This document shows positions 1 through 15,595 of a stretch of 64,000 nt of DNA, piece after piece; positions within the stretch are counted from its first letter, which is position 1, and each line of letters begins with the position of its first letter. Made by a program: the position numbers and the translations under genes. The DNA lies in assembly GCF_009914755.1 (NCBI RefSeq), contig NC_060943.1; one strand, written 5' to 3'. The notes under the pieces were generated by a model that searched no databases, had not been told where the DNA came from, and saw only the letters and a program-made list of their open reading frames with translations. The stretch is from the human T2T-CHM13v2.0 reference genome, Homo sapiens.

Positions 1-1883
1 AAAATCGAAATTAAAAAGAAATCTTGAAACAAGTCAGTAACCAATGATGAGTAGAAAATAAAGTATAAGTTTGAACCCCTGTTCTAAATCTGGGTGAATG
101 AATTATATCAAATCTATGTCATTTAAAATAATAAAGGTTGTTAAATTACTAAAATTTCAAAACTAGTGAAGAAAAGAAACCAAAACTGTAGGTCAGTTCT
201 CATAAACTGGCCCACAAACATGTTTGATTCTGTATGCATTAAGTTTAAAATACATATGAATACCTTCAGCAGACCATGTGTTTTCCCTTTCTCCAACATT
301 CAAACCACTCCCTGATTCTTTACATCTGACCTCTTTTAATATTACTTCCTGACCCCAGAATTCTTTTGGCATATAATCAATGCAGTGATCAATTCACATG
401 TGACTATAGATACAAACAGAATGACGAAAGTTTAATGGAGGATGAAAAAGAAGACAAATAAATATTTTATCCTTTATATGGTAAGACAGATTCACTATCA
501 TACTGATGTCAGTAGCCCATGAATTAATTTACAGATTCTACCTAACAAAATTCTAATAAATTTTGTAAGGTTTTAACATGTATGTGTGAACATACATATT
601 CATGCTGTTACACATATAAAGAAAATTATAACAAAAGTGACCTATACCATCAGTGGTTTAACAGTTTTGGAAAAATTTATCGTGCTCTATACAACAATTC
701 ATTCCATATGTGAAAGTTACTTTCAAGTGCTTTATCTAAATGTGGAACAAACAGTGATTAGAGGAGTCTGTGACACACTCTAATCATGGAATGAGACTGG
801 CCTTCCTAAACATGAGATTCAGAAGCCTCCCCACCTCCTGTCAACAAGTCATAGATTTGACTGTATAAGAACTTTATAAAGCTTTTATATGATCAAAGAT
901 AGTAAAAGATACAATATTTTTTAAACCTAAGAATGGGAGAAAATTATTGCAGCACATATAAACTATGGAATTCATATCCTTAACATAAAATTGCTCATAA
1001 AAATCCCTTAGGAAATGACGCTTTTCTCCAGCTCATAGTCAAAGGATATGAAGAGGCAACAGGTGACCAATAAATATGTGGTAAGTACTAAATCTCCCTA
1101 GGATCAGAAGAAATACAGTTTAGGCCAATGAAATACTATTTTTTTCAATATCAGATTAATAAAACTGCATTGAAAGCATACAAAAAGAGATACTATGCAC
1201 TAATTTAAAAGAGCATGAGTTTGTACAAACTCTGGTAGGCAATTTGTCAACTTCAGAATTTTAATTGGGAAAAGTAGAATTTTATTTTGAAGTTCAAAAA
1301 CTCGGCACACAATGTCTTTCCCTCCAGATTCTATTATACACATAGAACAATGTAAATGATTCTTAAAAAAAAAAAAAAAAAGGTGAGGCTTTTGAGTGGA
1401 TGAAATAATTTTGTAAAAGGCAAAACAGGGAAGAGTGTTCATGAATTGTAGCAGAAGATGCTGCATGTTATATGCGAATGACCGAAGGGTTTTAAAAATG
1501 GAATCTAGTCTGCCCAAAGGATCCCTAGAGAAGTTCAGGCTTGGAGTTGGCTTATGTACAGGCTGTGGCTTCTAAGAAGACATGATGAAAAGCCTCTTGA
1601 AGCCTTTGTATGTGAAAGTTATGTCAGTAGCCCTTGCCAAAAGCCTCCTCACTCTCCCCTCTCTTGTATAAGTAAATTGAATGGGATCCTTATTTCACAC
1701 CATTAACAAGTATAAGTTCTAACTGAATAAAAATCTAAATGTAAATTACTAAAGCAAAAGTATTAGAAAAAATATAGTGGGATATGTTAACGACTTTGGT
1801 GTCAGACACGTGTTTCTAAAATATTCAAATACCATAAAGGAAAAGATTGATAAAATTGACTGTGTCAAAAAATAGTGTGCTTT

Positions 1884-2487
<604 letters not shown>

Positions 2488-2699
2488 TTAGTGTGCTTTT
2501 AAAGAAAGTTAAAAGATAAGCAACAGGAAGGAAGAAACACATAATATAACGGACACATGTAAGAACACATATAAGTCAATAAGTAAAGGACAACTAAGCA
2601 AGTATATAAATGTGCAAAGATGAGAATGGCCAAATTATGGAAGACATACAGATGTCTAAGTCTCTGCTTAACCTCATTAGTATTAAGTTATGCAAATTT

Positions 2700-2825
2700 G
2701 CTCATTTATTATTTATTTATTTTGTAGAGATGAAGTCTCACTTTGTTGCTGAGGCTGGTCTCAAACTCCTGGGCTCAAGTGGTCCTCTTCCCTCAGCCTC
2801 CCAAAGTGCTGGAATCACAGGTGGA
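2700..2825 (-). mobile_element. Alu monomer/FLAM fragment
   Basis: gtagagatgaagtctcac...ctcccaaagtgctggaatcacaggtg. Confidence 0.75.
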
Positions 2826-3479
2826 GAGATTCAAATTGAGACAGTATAATACCAGATATTGGTCGTGGTGTGGAGACAGGATTTCTCATCACAGCTACTT
2901 TAGAGGCAGTGAAGTTTTTAAAATGCTCACTATAGCCACTTTGTAGGGTACAGTTAGTATTTGAAACACTGAAAACAACCTAAATTTCTATCAGTAAAGT
3001 AATGACTAGGAGTTCTATGCTGGAGTTTAAAAGAATGGGCTGATAATATTGATACGAATTTGACTAAAGGACTTACTGGTTGAAAATGTAAAAATTTCGC
3101 ATACACTATTGTATATTTAAAAATATATTTTATTTCTAATGCATTTATAGAAGTATGCAAATGCTTAGTGAAAGTTCTGAACAGACACCCAACTGATAAA
3201 TGTTTCCTCTAGGAAGGGACTGGTATTGGATGTTCTGGTCAAAGGAAGATTTAGTGTTATTTGTACTGTTTGAAGTTTTAAACATCAATGTAATAATTAA
3301 AAAAAAAACTTTAACATGAAAAAATTGAGTTTACAACGAACTGGACACCTAGAATGAAAAGTTGGCAGTCTAAGTTAAAACTCTTTTTTGGAATTTGGAG
3401 CATCTCTCCTTGACTTGCCAGCCCTTCCCAGGCATACAGATACCCTGGTAACCCTTCCAATTTAGGCAAACAGACCTAC

Positions 3480-5200
3480 AGTGGAAATATACAAAGGACC
3501 CCCTGGCATTTACCTATGGTAATCAAACCATGTAATACTTAAATGGCAACTGATAGCTAAGTATCATCACTTGAAGAAAACCACCAGCATAATAAGGACC
3601 AAGAGATATAATTGAATCCTGAGTGGGGAAAGTCATGTAATAACAGAAGAAAATGAAAAATTGATTTTAGCCTGCAATTTGAAACTACAAAATAAAGGGA
3701 ACAATTAGATAAGAACTAAGAAATAAAAAAATACACTGTAATAAATTTAATAAAGGTTAGAAAGAAAAGAAACCTTAGATGCATAAATTAAAAAGAAAAA
3801 TGAGAAAAAGGGACATGGAAATTTACAAGGTCCAATATCAATGTTTTGGGAAAAATTTCACAGAAAATATAAGAATGTATCGAATGACTGAGAATCTTTC
3901 TAAACTGAAACAAGGCAAGCATGTTCAGCTTGGGTTAGCTCACTGAATGTTGTATAGGATGAACTAGGAAAACCACAACAGGAAAATCCAGAAATATGCT
4001 TGTGAAATTTCAGAATATTAAAGAAGAAAACATTCTAAAAGCTTTCAAAAATGATTAGGTCACCTAAAAAAGAACAACAGTCAAGATGATTTTAGCCCTT
4101 CCTCCTATCATAAATATTGGATAGAATACAGAATAGCACTTTCCAACTTATGAGATAAAATTACTTTGGACCTAGAAGTCTATACTTGGCCAACAATATT
4201 TAAAGCATGAGGCCAAATATTGATGTTTTCAGTCATGGAATTTATTTCCATTATCCAGGATATTAAAGGAGTCACTCAAGCAAAATGTAGATGAAAAAGG
4301 AAGAAGACAGCAGGATAGGCTGAAGTGAACAGTGGCTGTAACCCAAGAAACTGGAGTTGAGGATTACAAGGATACCCACTTGGCAATAAGTGTAGAAAAC
4401 AATCCAACCAAATTATTGGTAGACTAAGAATCCAGGGAGCCAGTGAAGAAAAACTTTTTGAAGGATGGAATGAGTTCCATTAAACAGAATTCATATGAAG
4501 TTGGAGGATCTTAGCAATATGATGGAGATAAAATTTTGTTCATACGAGAAGGAAAGAAAGATAATTACTGGCTCTGGGAAAGACAAAGAAAAAACCAAAC
4601 TAGATATCATAGTCTTAACGTTAAGCAACTCCCCATGAAATGTTGCATGATTTTAGAAAACTGAAAAAGGAAAATCCATTTGATATGACGATAGTTCCCT
4701 TTGAGTGAGTACTAAGATCATAACATTGGATGTGTAGAGGAGGAATGTAATCTTTACATATTACTTGGCTCTGGCTCTTCAGAGAATAACAAATATTGGT
4801 AGTAATGCAATGCTATTTTATTTTATACATTTAGAATATAGAAATCACTGAAGTATTATCTGTAACATAAATATCTAGTAATGTGAAAGGCAGAATATAG
4901 CTGATTGATTGGATGGTGGAAGGTAGATTGGAAAATGAAAGATTGAAGCAAGGATAAGTGGCAATAATCTCATTGTGCAGAGGAGATTCAGGAGATCTGC
5001 CTAAAGTTGACAGAATAAGAAAATACAGGTTAGCTATATTTCAAGTTAAAAATGCAACAAATGTGATAAACTCACATGGGATGAGTTACATCCTTTCCTT
5101 TCATAAAAGACTTATAAAGAGCGTATAAAAATAAATCCAGAAACAGCAACAGTAGTCAGGATTGATAGAAACCAAACAAAATTAGTTTAGGAAACAGGTT
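3480..5200 (+). mobile_element. Highly decayed L1/HAL1-like ORF1 region
   Basis: A-rich sequence with ORF1-like motifs (gaaatttcagaatattaaagaagaa...cctagaagtctatacttggccaa). Confidence 0.4.
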
Positions 5201-6704
5201 ATTGATTCTTGTAACTAAAAAGCATTGAACATGTATGGCATAGTGTTAGGCTGGATTTAAGTGCTCAGACTTATCAGAGGTTTGTAATTCAGCTCTGCTT
5301 TCAGTAGTTTCCTTCTCTCCAGGTTCTGTCTCTTGGTGGGAAAGAAATGGCATCTGAGGATATTAGACTTAAAATGTCCATAGAATATTTAATCTCAAAA
5401 GTAGGGCAATATCTCTGTCTCTCTGCCTCCGTGTCAATCCCTGGGAGGAAAATATGATTTGTTTCAGTTTTGGCTGTGTGCCCACTCTGAACCAGTCATT
5501 GGGTCCATGGTATGTGGGGTACTCTAGCCAGCCTGTGTCAAGTGTACATGCCTCTTCCAGAGAGACTGAATCACTGAACTGACCAATTCACAAAAAAAAC
5601 ACACAGAATTGGGGCTGGTTGAAGGGAGGTTGAGAATCAGTTCTCATAATGGCAAAACCTGACCTGAATTGACATGAGGGTATTTATTGACATTGATCCC
5701 AGTTAGTATAAACATTCATATCTTTTTCTTCAGAAATATTAATTTGTTCAATTCAGGGGTGCTGCCTCAGACTCTGTACCATAGGTAAGTTACATGTCTG
5801 TGGGTCAAATGGACATAGCACACAGTGGCTTGTAATTAAACTGTCTTGCCAGTAATCCAGAGAAGGTTGCATGATAAAGTAACCCCAGCAGAAAGAGGCT
5901 GGGGCTGTGGTGACAAGAATTGGTTTAGCATCACCTGGATCCAGCATGCCAGGGGACTTCAGGGGAGTTCCTTTTAAGACACTCCACAGAAGGCCTCCCT
6001 CACAGCAAGTGTAAGAGATACAACCCACAGAAAGTGAGACAGTTCACGGGGGTTCCTTTTAATACACTCCACAGAAGGTCTCCCTCGCAGAAAGTGTCAG
6101 AGATACAACTCACAGAAAATGAGATGGTTTGCATGTATAAAGGAAAGCAGATCTGATCTATAGAGACTGTGGCCTTCAGGTAAGGAACTTCATTTTCCTA
6201 CTCCCTTATCCTATTCTCCACAGCAGAGTGGTAGACTGGTGTATTCCCACAAGGAAACAAGTTTGAATATATGTGTGAGAAGCCTTTAAAAATATTTACT
6301 AACTTCTGCATTTAACAAGATGGAATTAAGTAGTTTCTGTTTGTTTCTCCTTTCTGAAACCAAGTTAAAGCAACAAGAGTAAGAAATGCATGTAGAGGCT
6401 TCGTCTTTAATGAAGTGAAGAAACATCTATAATTCTGAGCTTCAAAATCCACAAAGAGGTGCGGCTAAATGTGGTGAGAATCCTGGGAAAGAAACTACTG
6501 CTGCATTGAGGAGCACAGAATTTTCCTAAAGCAGCAGCATATCTGGAAGGGCAAAAGAAAGGGCACCTTGGTTGCAGCCACAACATCACTTCAAACATTC
6601 TGGCTTTGGAAGCACTCGTAAACTCTATTATAGTTGCAGAGTGTCGTGTGAGTGACAGGAGGGCTTAAGGAGGAAATGCATGAGTTTTAAAATATGGTTT
6701 ATCA

Positions 6705-6977
6705 TGTAATCCCAGCACTTTGGGAGGCCTAGGCGGGTGGATCACGAGGTCAGGAGATCGAGACCATCCTGGCTAACATGGTGAAACCCCATCTCTACTA
6801 AAAATACAAAAAAATTGGCTGGGCATGGTGGTGGGCGCCTGTAGTCCCAGCTACTCAGGAGGCTGAGGCAGGAGAATAGCGGGAACCTGGGAGTTGGAGC
6901 TTGCAGTGAGCCAAGATCCCGCCACTGCACTCCAGCCTAAGCGACTGATCAAGACTCCGTCTCAAAAAAAAAAAAAG
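6705..6977 (+). mobile_element. 5'-truncated AluY-like
   Basis: gagatcgagaccatcctggctaac and ggagcttgc diagnostics; TSD GGTTTATCATGTAAT overlapping the truncated 5' end. Confidence 0.9.
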
Positions 6978-7043
6978 GTTTATCATGTAATAGAGGAAAT
7001 AAAATACTGCCAGTGATGTGCAAGAATGCAAAGTAAAGACTAA

Positions 7044-7210
7044 TCCTTGCTACTCAAAAGTCTGCGCCATGGAATAACAGCATCAGCATCACCTGAGAGT
7101 TTGTTAAAATTCCAGAATCTTGGGCCTTAACCCAGACTTAATCATTCAGAATCTGCAGTTTTACAAGATCTCCAGATGATCTGTACACATTAAGGTTTCA
7201 GATTCACTGG
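7044..7210. mobile_element. MER5A-like MITE
   Basis: cagcatcagcatcacctgagagtttgttaaaa...cagaatctgcagttttacaagatctccag. Confidence 0.7.
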
Positions 7211-7859
7211 GGTAAAACCAATTATCTGCTAGTGTAAAGCACTGTCCTTTGATAAATAAGTAGATCAGGAAAAGCTCATTTCATTCAAAAATTAAAAACT
7301 CCAGCCATTCGCAGATCTTATCGATAATGGTAAGCTCAAAATTACAGAACACCCCTTCATTAAAACTGAACAAAATGAAAAGAATGTGCTAGCATCATGG
7401 AATGAGAAAATTGCACTACCTCATATCACATACTTGAAAATATAATACAGAAACAGTAAGTTCACACTACAACAATGTGCCAGCATCTTTGGTAGTCTCT
7501 GCCCTCTGGGAAAAGCAGAGCGAGAGAAAGTCTCCATAATGGAGGAAAAGTCAGAAGAAAATCTGAAAAAATTTCACTGATATATCCTGATAGTTGTGTG
7601 GGGAAGGGGGGAGATGCAGGCAGCAATGAACAAACATACATAAAATTCCTCTTAAGAATCCTACTTCACTCTAGATAGTAGTTTGGATAGGAAAGACAAG
7701 TTGGTAATATATGTTAAATATACCTACGTTTTGACCCAATAATTTATTCTCTAAAAATATTGGTAAATCTTTACAAAAGCATATGTACAAGAATGTTAAT
7801 TGCGATATTATTTAAAAAAATTAAAAATCCTAGATTCCTCATTATTACCGCCCTCTCTA

Positions 7860-9470
7860 AATGCTTATCTGAGATCTACACTTCTGGCAAAGATGGAGTC
7901 CTAGGGAATAATTTAATCTCCCACCTGAAATACTAAAAAACGACACCAGGCAATAAAATAATGATCCCTGAGAAATTAGAAACAAATGAGGTGAGTCCTA
8001 TGATTTCCCCAGACAACTGCATGTAGTTTCCAGGCTGTGGTACAGATCTCCACGAATTAAGGTGATGGAGCTGGGAGTCAGGGAGATCAAGGTGGCTAGA
8101 GTTCCCAGGATAGAGAGTTTGAGAGGAGACAGCTCTCAGAAAAGGGAAAAAAAAGCATCTAGTAATCTACAGTTGTGTTCCTCTTTTTTTTTTTTTTTTT
8201 TATCTGAGTACAGATCAGAATATGGATGTGAAGCAACTACCTGAAATTGGGGAAAGAACTTAAAGAACTACAAGGAGAAATAAACAAATCCAGAATTATA
8301 ATTGGAGATTTCAGCATGCCTCTCAATAGAACATATAAATAGAAAAAATAGTGAGGATATTGAAGACTTGAATATTATCACCAACTTGACCTAACTGACA
8401 TTTGTGGAACTATTCACCCCAAGAAGAGTAAAACACACATTCTTTTCAAATGAACCCAGAACATTCACCCAGACAGACAATAATTCCAGACCTTAAAACA
8501 CATATCAGTAAACTGAAAAGGACTGAAGTCATACAAAATATGTTTTCTAACCAGAATGGATTTAAATCAATAACAGAAAAGTAATTAGAAAACACCCAAA
8601 TATTTAGAACAAAAGAGCACACTTTTCAGTAACCATATTTCTAAGAAGAAATCAAAAGGGAAAATAAATATTTTGAGTTGAATGAAACTTAGAGAAAAGT
8701 ACATCAAAATGTATGGGATGTACCACAGTACTTGGAAAGAAATACAGTGGCACTAAATGCCAATGTTACAAAACAAATGACTCAAATCAGTGACTCCTAT
8801 TTCCACCTAACAAATTAGAAATAGAAGAGCAATGAAACCCAACGTTAACACAAGAATGGAAATAATAAAAATCAGAATGGAAGCCAATGAAATAGAAACC
8901 TGAAAAACAAAAGCTGGTTCTTTGAGAAGGTCAATGAAATAAACAAAAAAATTGCAGACAATTAAAAAAGAGATTATACAAGTTATCACTATCTGGAATG
9001 GCAGATGTGATATCACTACAAATGATAGTTATTAAATGAATAAAAGAATGTTATGAACTTTATGCAAATAATTTGACAATTTAAAAATTCTTGAAAGAAG
9101 CTAACAAGGTTTACTGAAGAAATACTCAGTTCTATATTAGAAAAATGGAATTTGTGGCCAAGCGCGGTGGCTCACGCCTGTAATCCCAGCACTTTGGGAG
9201 GGCAAGGTGGGCAGATCATGAGCTCAGGAGATCGAGACCATCCTGGCTAACATGGTGAAACCCCGTCTCTATTAAAAATACAAAAAAATTAGCTGGGCGT
9301 GGTGGTGGGCGTCTGTAGTCCCAGCTACTCAGGAGGCTGAAGCAGGAGAATGGCATGAACCTGGGAGGCAGAGCTTGCAGTGAGCCAAGATCCCGGCACT
9401 GCACTCCAGCCTAGGCGACAGAGCAAGACTCTGTCTCAAAAAAAAAATGGAATTTGTAATTTAAGCCTTC
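7860..9470 (+). mobile_element. Old L1M fragment (5' end + ORF2 endonuclease region)
   Basis: L1 ORF2-like decayed sequence (ataattggagatttcagcatgcctctc, caaaatgtatgggatg); contains an Alu. Confidence 0.65.
9157..9448 (+). mobile_element. AluY-like
   Basis: Full dimer; TSD AAAAATGGAATTTGT. Confidence 0.92.
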
Positions 9471-9827
9471 CAAATATTTTCAGATGTCTGTGTTTACTGC
9501 AACTGTAATTCTGGTATAGTCAAGGAACATAGTTTGCAAAATAATTTTTTTAATTTATCAATATTTATACTCTGTCTTGGTAAATGTTTCATGAACACTT
9601 AAAAGGAATGTGTACCCTGCCTGGATTGTTTGGAATATTTTATATTAACAAATGTCAACCAGGTCAAGTTGGTTGATTATGTTGTTGAGGTCTTCTATAT
9701 CTTTTTTTTTTGTCTACTTGTTCTATTAATTACCAAGAGGAGTGATGAAGTCTCCAATGACAATTGTCAGTTTGTCTTTCTCTCTTTTCAGTTCTATCAT
9801 TTTTCCTTGCAATTCAATGTGTACTCA

Positions 9828-10150
<323 letters not shown>

Positions 10151-11480
10151 ACATTTTCCCAGTAAACAGAACTTTTATCATTATGTAATCTCACTCTTTA
10201 TCCCTGATTGTATTCCTTGTTCTGAAGTCTACTTCATCTGATAGTAATATAGTCATTTCTGCTTTTTTGTTAATGTTTGCGTGGTGTATCTTTTTCCCAC
10301 CATTTTTCTATGCCTTTATATTTAAAGTATGTTTCTGGTAGACAGCATATAGTTGGATACTGCTTTTTCATTCAATCATAGAATCTCTGTCGTTTAACTG
10401 GTATATTTAGACCATTTACATTTGATATTTTTAAATATATAGTTAGATTAAAATCTCCACCTTGTTAACTCTATCCTAATTGTTCTGTTCTTTAGTTTTT
10501 GTTCTATTTTTGCCTTCTATGATCTAAATGACCATTTTTAATAATTCTATTTTATATTATTGTTTACATCTCATTGAACATTTTCAGTTGTTACTTCTTT
10601 AATTGGAATATACATTCAAATAATACACAACTTAACATGTTAGTATTTTATATATTCCCATTTTCTCCGACATCCATTATGCTTATCATATTTTACTTTC
10701 ATATGCTGTTTACATGGTACATTTTTACTCTAAGACAGCCAGTTACTTTTTAAGATAAGTTTTTAAAGTTATTACCTTCATGTATTCCATTTCCGCATCT
10801 CTTCATTTATGTATCTCCAAATGTCTGCTGTGTTTCATATTCCTTCTGTTTGAAGAACTTTTCTTGTAGAGTAGGTCTTCTCTTAATGTATTATTTTCTC
10901 AGTTTTGTTTCTCTGAGAGTATTTCTCTATCAGTTTGAAAGATTTTCATGAGCATTTCATGAAGACAGATTTTTTCCTTCAGCTCTTAAAAGATGCCATT
11001 ACATTGTCCTCTGGCCTGCAATACTTCTGATAAGTCTGCTGTAATTTTCTTAACTTTGTTCTTCTATATGTAATTTTTTCCCCTCTCTAGCTTGCTTCAA
11101 GATTATTTTCAGTAGTTTGAACATAATATGGCTGGGGTGGTGTGTGTTTGTGTGTGTGTGTGAGTGATTTTAATATTTACCTTCCTTGAGGTTCTCTGAG
11201 CTTCATAGATTTGTGTTTTCTGGGTTCATAAATTTTGGAAACATATTGGCCATTATGTCTTCAAATATTTCTTCTGTCCCATTTATTCTGTATCTTCTGG
11301 GATTCCAATTATGTGTATGTGTTGGACCAATGGATATTTTCTCAGAGCTCTTGGATTCTCTGTTCCTTCTTGTCCTACCCTACCCCACTTATGTTTCAGT
11401 TTGAGTAACTTTTATTGTCCTAACGTCAAGTTCATTTACTTTTTCCTTGACTATGTCAAGTATATTGATGAGCCTGTTGA

Positions 11481-11836
<356 letters not shown>

Positions 11837-13786
11837 CCATTTTATTTTTATAGTTTTTGTGTCTCTGCTCAAATTATCCATCTAATCTTGCCTGTTGTGC
11901 ATTTTCCATTATAACTCTTAAGATACTACTCATAGTTCCTTTAAATTCCATGTCAGTCCAACAGCTATGTATTTCTGAGTCTAGTTCTGATGAATTTTGT
12001 TTCTTGGTGGGGTAAGGTGTTCATTTTTGCATTTTTGTATGCCTTGCATTTTTTTTTTCCTGAAAGCCAAGTATCTTCTGTAGAACAATAGATATGAAGG
12101 TAAATGGATTTAATTCCTGGAAAGGGCATGTCTTTCTATGTAGCCTTTAGTGTGTGGGAGGTGGATGGGTAAGATTTTTATAATTATAGCTAGGAATTGA
12201 GGAAGGTTTATGGTTTGTTGTTGCTGTGGTTATAAGTTCACCATAGGTTTCAGATATGAATAGTGATTCCTTATCTTTAGGGTCCGAACTGGTTTTCCCA
12301 AGGGTCTATCTCAATGTCAGGGTGATCTTCAGGTTTAGGTCCCATTGGATTATGCTTCAGATAGCCCATCTATACTAATATATTTTCATTCATTCAAATA
12401 CTTATTGAGTGCTAACCATTGAATTATGTGTCATTGTACTAAACGCTGGAACTTGTAACTCCCCAAATACTTTATTATTGTTTGCCATTATTTTATCCAT
12501 CTGTAATTTTCTCTTTAGCTTTCCAACTTTTGTGTGCCTAGCAAATTCACATTCTTCCTTTAATATTATCTGCAAAAACAATCCCTGTCCCCATACCTCC
12601 ATCACCATGAAGTTTATCATCCTCTTCTCCGTACTACCTATGCACCTTATACAGAATTCCATATTTTATTACCTGAATTCCCTGGTAAACTGTAAGTGTC
12701 TGCTGGCAAGAACAGTGTCTTATTAGTTTACATATCCACAGGATTTAGCAGTGATTGGTCCAGGGTGTTTACATGCACAACAAATGTGCAGCGAAAATAT
12801 TTGCTAATGAAAGCTGGAAATCTATAGGCATCTATTAAAAGCAAAATACTGTAATAATGGGCTCTCTTACAACAGTCTAGGAGTAAAGCAAAACATTTTT
12901 CTTGCCAGTTAAGTTTTCAGGACTTTAAAAAAACACAAAGTTGATTTCCTTCTTAGTTTGGATATATTTTTTAAATTCATGTAATGCAAAATAATTTAAA
13001 TAATAAATGATTCGGCCTATTAGGATATAACTGAGTTCCAAGCAGTTGGGAGGACACATGAACCCAAAGTTACTTTACCTTTATTGCACTTTCACAAATG
13101 CCTTTAAGAGCTTAAGAATAGGAGAGAATAGACAAAACTAGATGAAATGAGAATTTTTGACTGGGCCAGAAATAAAGCAGTGAGGATATGCAATTCTCAC
13201 AAGTAATTCCAAGTTAAGTTTAACTTTATCATGTATTGCCATTCTAATGCTCTCTTGAAATCCCCAAGAGGAGCAAGAAATGCAATAGGCAATGAGATAA
13301 GCCTGAGGAAATTAGGTGACTGTGGGCAGGGCATTCTCTTGCTTCTCCCTAGTCTTCAGGTGTGTCACAATTCATTTGGGACTGACATGTATTTGTATGG
13401 CAGATTGGCAGAGGAATTAACAAGCTAGAGGGTGTGTGTAGAAAAGAGGGGGAAAAAAGACCTGCCTCTCCATGAGTTACCTCTGTGCTGTTTGCTCACC
13501 CATTTGCTCCAAGGGGTGGATTTTTATGCTTGCTTTACAAATACGAAAGAACAAGTTTAAATGGGAAGTTAGTTGTACTATCCTGTATGCATGCTCACCC
13601 CTCACAATTTGGATTGTTGTTTTATCAATTGTGGTCAAAGTTAGGATGACCTAACCCATATACATTCCACACATTCCACAAAGTCATCTTAAACTTAAGG
13701 TATTCTCAAAAATAACTTTTACAGAAGGAAAACTTAAACAGAAGAGCCCAACTGTGTATGATCCAATTACAAAAAAGTTATCTGAT

Positions 13787-13792
13787 TTTATT
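13787..13792 (-). terminator. Candidate ZNF667 polyadenylation signal (AATAAA)
   Basis: TTTATT on + about 1.8 kb past the stop codon. Alternatives at 14855-14860 and 13080-13085; sequence alone cannot choose between them. Confidence 0.4.
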
Positions 13793-13894
13793 TCTTATAT
13801 ATTTGGCACAAACAGCAGAGACTGAAAGCTACTACACATGTTGAACTGCTGACAGGAAAAGAACCCAGTAGATAAATCTAGGCTTTCCACTCCA

Positions 13895-14560
<666 letters not shown>

Positions 14561-15062
14561 ACTCATATTACACCACTTATTGCATACCAGTATTGTTACA
14601 TGAAAATACCAATGTTTACTCATATAAATATAGATGATTTATTTCCAAATAAAACAATACTGATTTCTCCTGGCTCTGAAATCCTCATTCTTCACTATAT
14701 CTTGGTTCTTTTACTGATAGCTTGTCTCAGCCAAGTTAGACGTTCACACCATGAAGATCATATATCCTCATATCCGTGGAGATGGTAAAGTAAGGTTTCT
14801 ACTGTTACACACCATTATGAGTGACAACTTTATCTACCTAAAGACTCACTTTTCTTTATTCTCACCCACAAGTTTGTCAGCTGAAAGTGGCACCCTGTTT
14901 TGCCGAGAAGTTCCTTATATTTGATAATTCTAGATCTGAGAAACAGACTCAAATTCTTTTTTCTGTGACCTTAAATCAGGCTCAGAGCCCTATAATGGAC
15001 TTCACAATTCTATTTTGTTGTATGTGACCAATAAATTATCTTTAAAACTATGCTGGAAGTAA

Positions 15063-15356
<294 letters not shown>

Positions 15357-15595
15357 AGTAATTCTTATCAAATGAAAAATGATCTTCATTCACAATGACT
15401 GACCAAACTTCTGAGTTTCCTTCAGTTAATTTCAAATCCTGAGGTCAAAATCACCAATGACTTTTGCTCTTTGGCTTTCAAAGTGGGACATATCATCAAA
15501 TGGTCCCATATACACAAAATTTACATTATAGACAAATACATATTTGCCATATGTTTGATAGCCTCATTCGTTGATTTTATAGATTTAAAACAACC

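Noticed and set aside
1-1700. Possible 3'UTR tail of neighbouring ZNF583
   Set aside because: Plausible from known gene order, but nothing in the sequence shows it; appears to be AT-rich decayed L1-like DNA.
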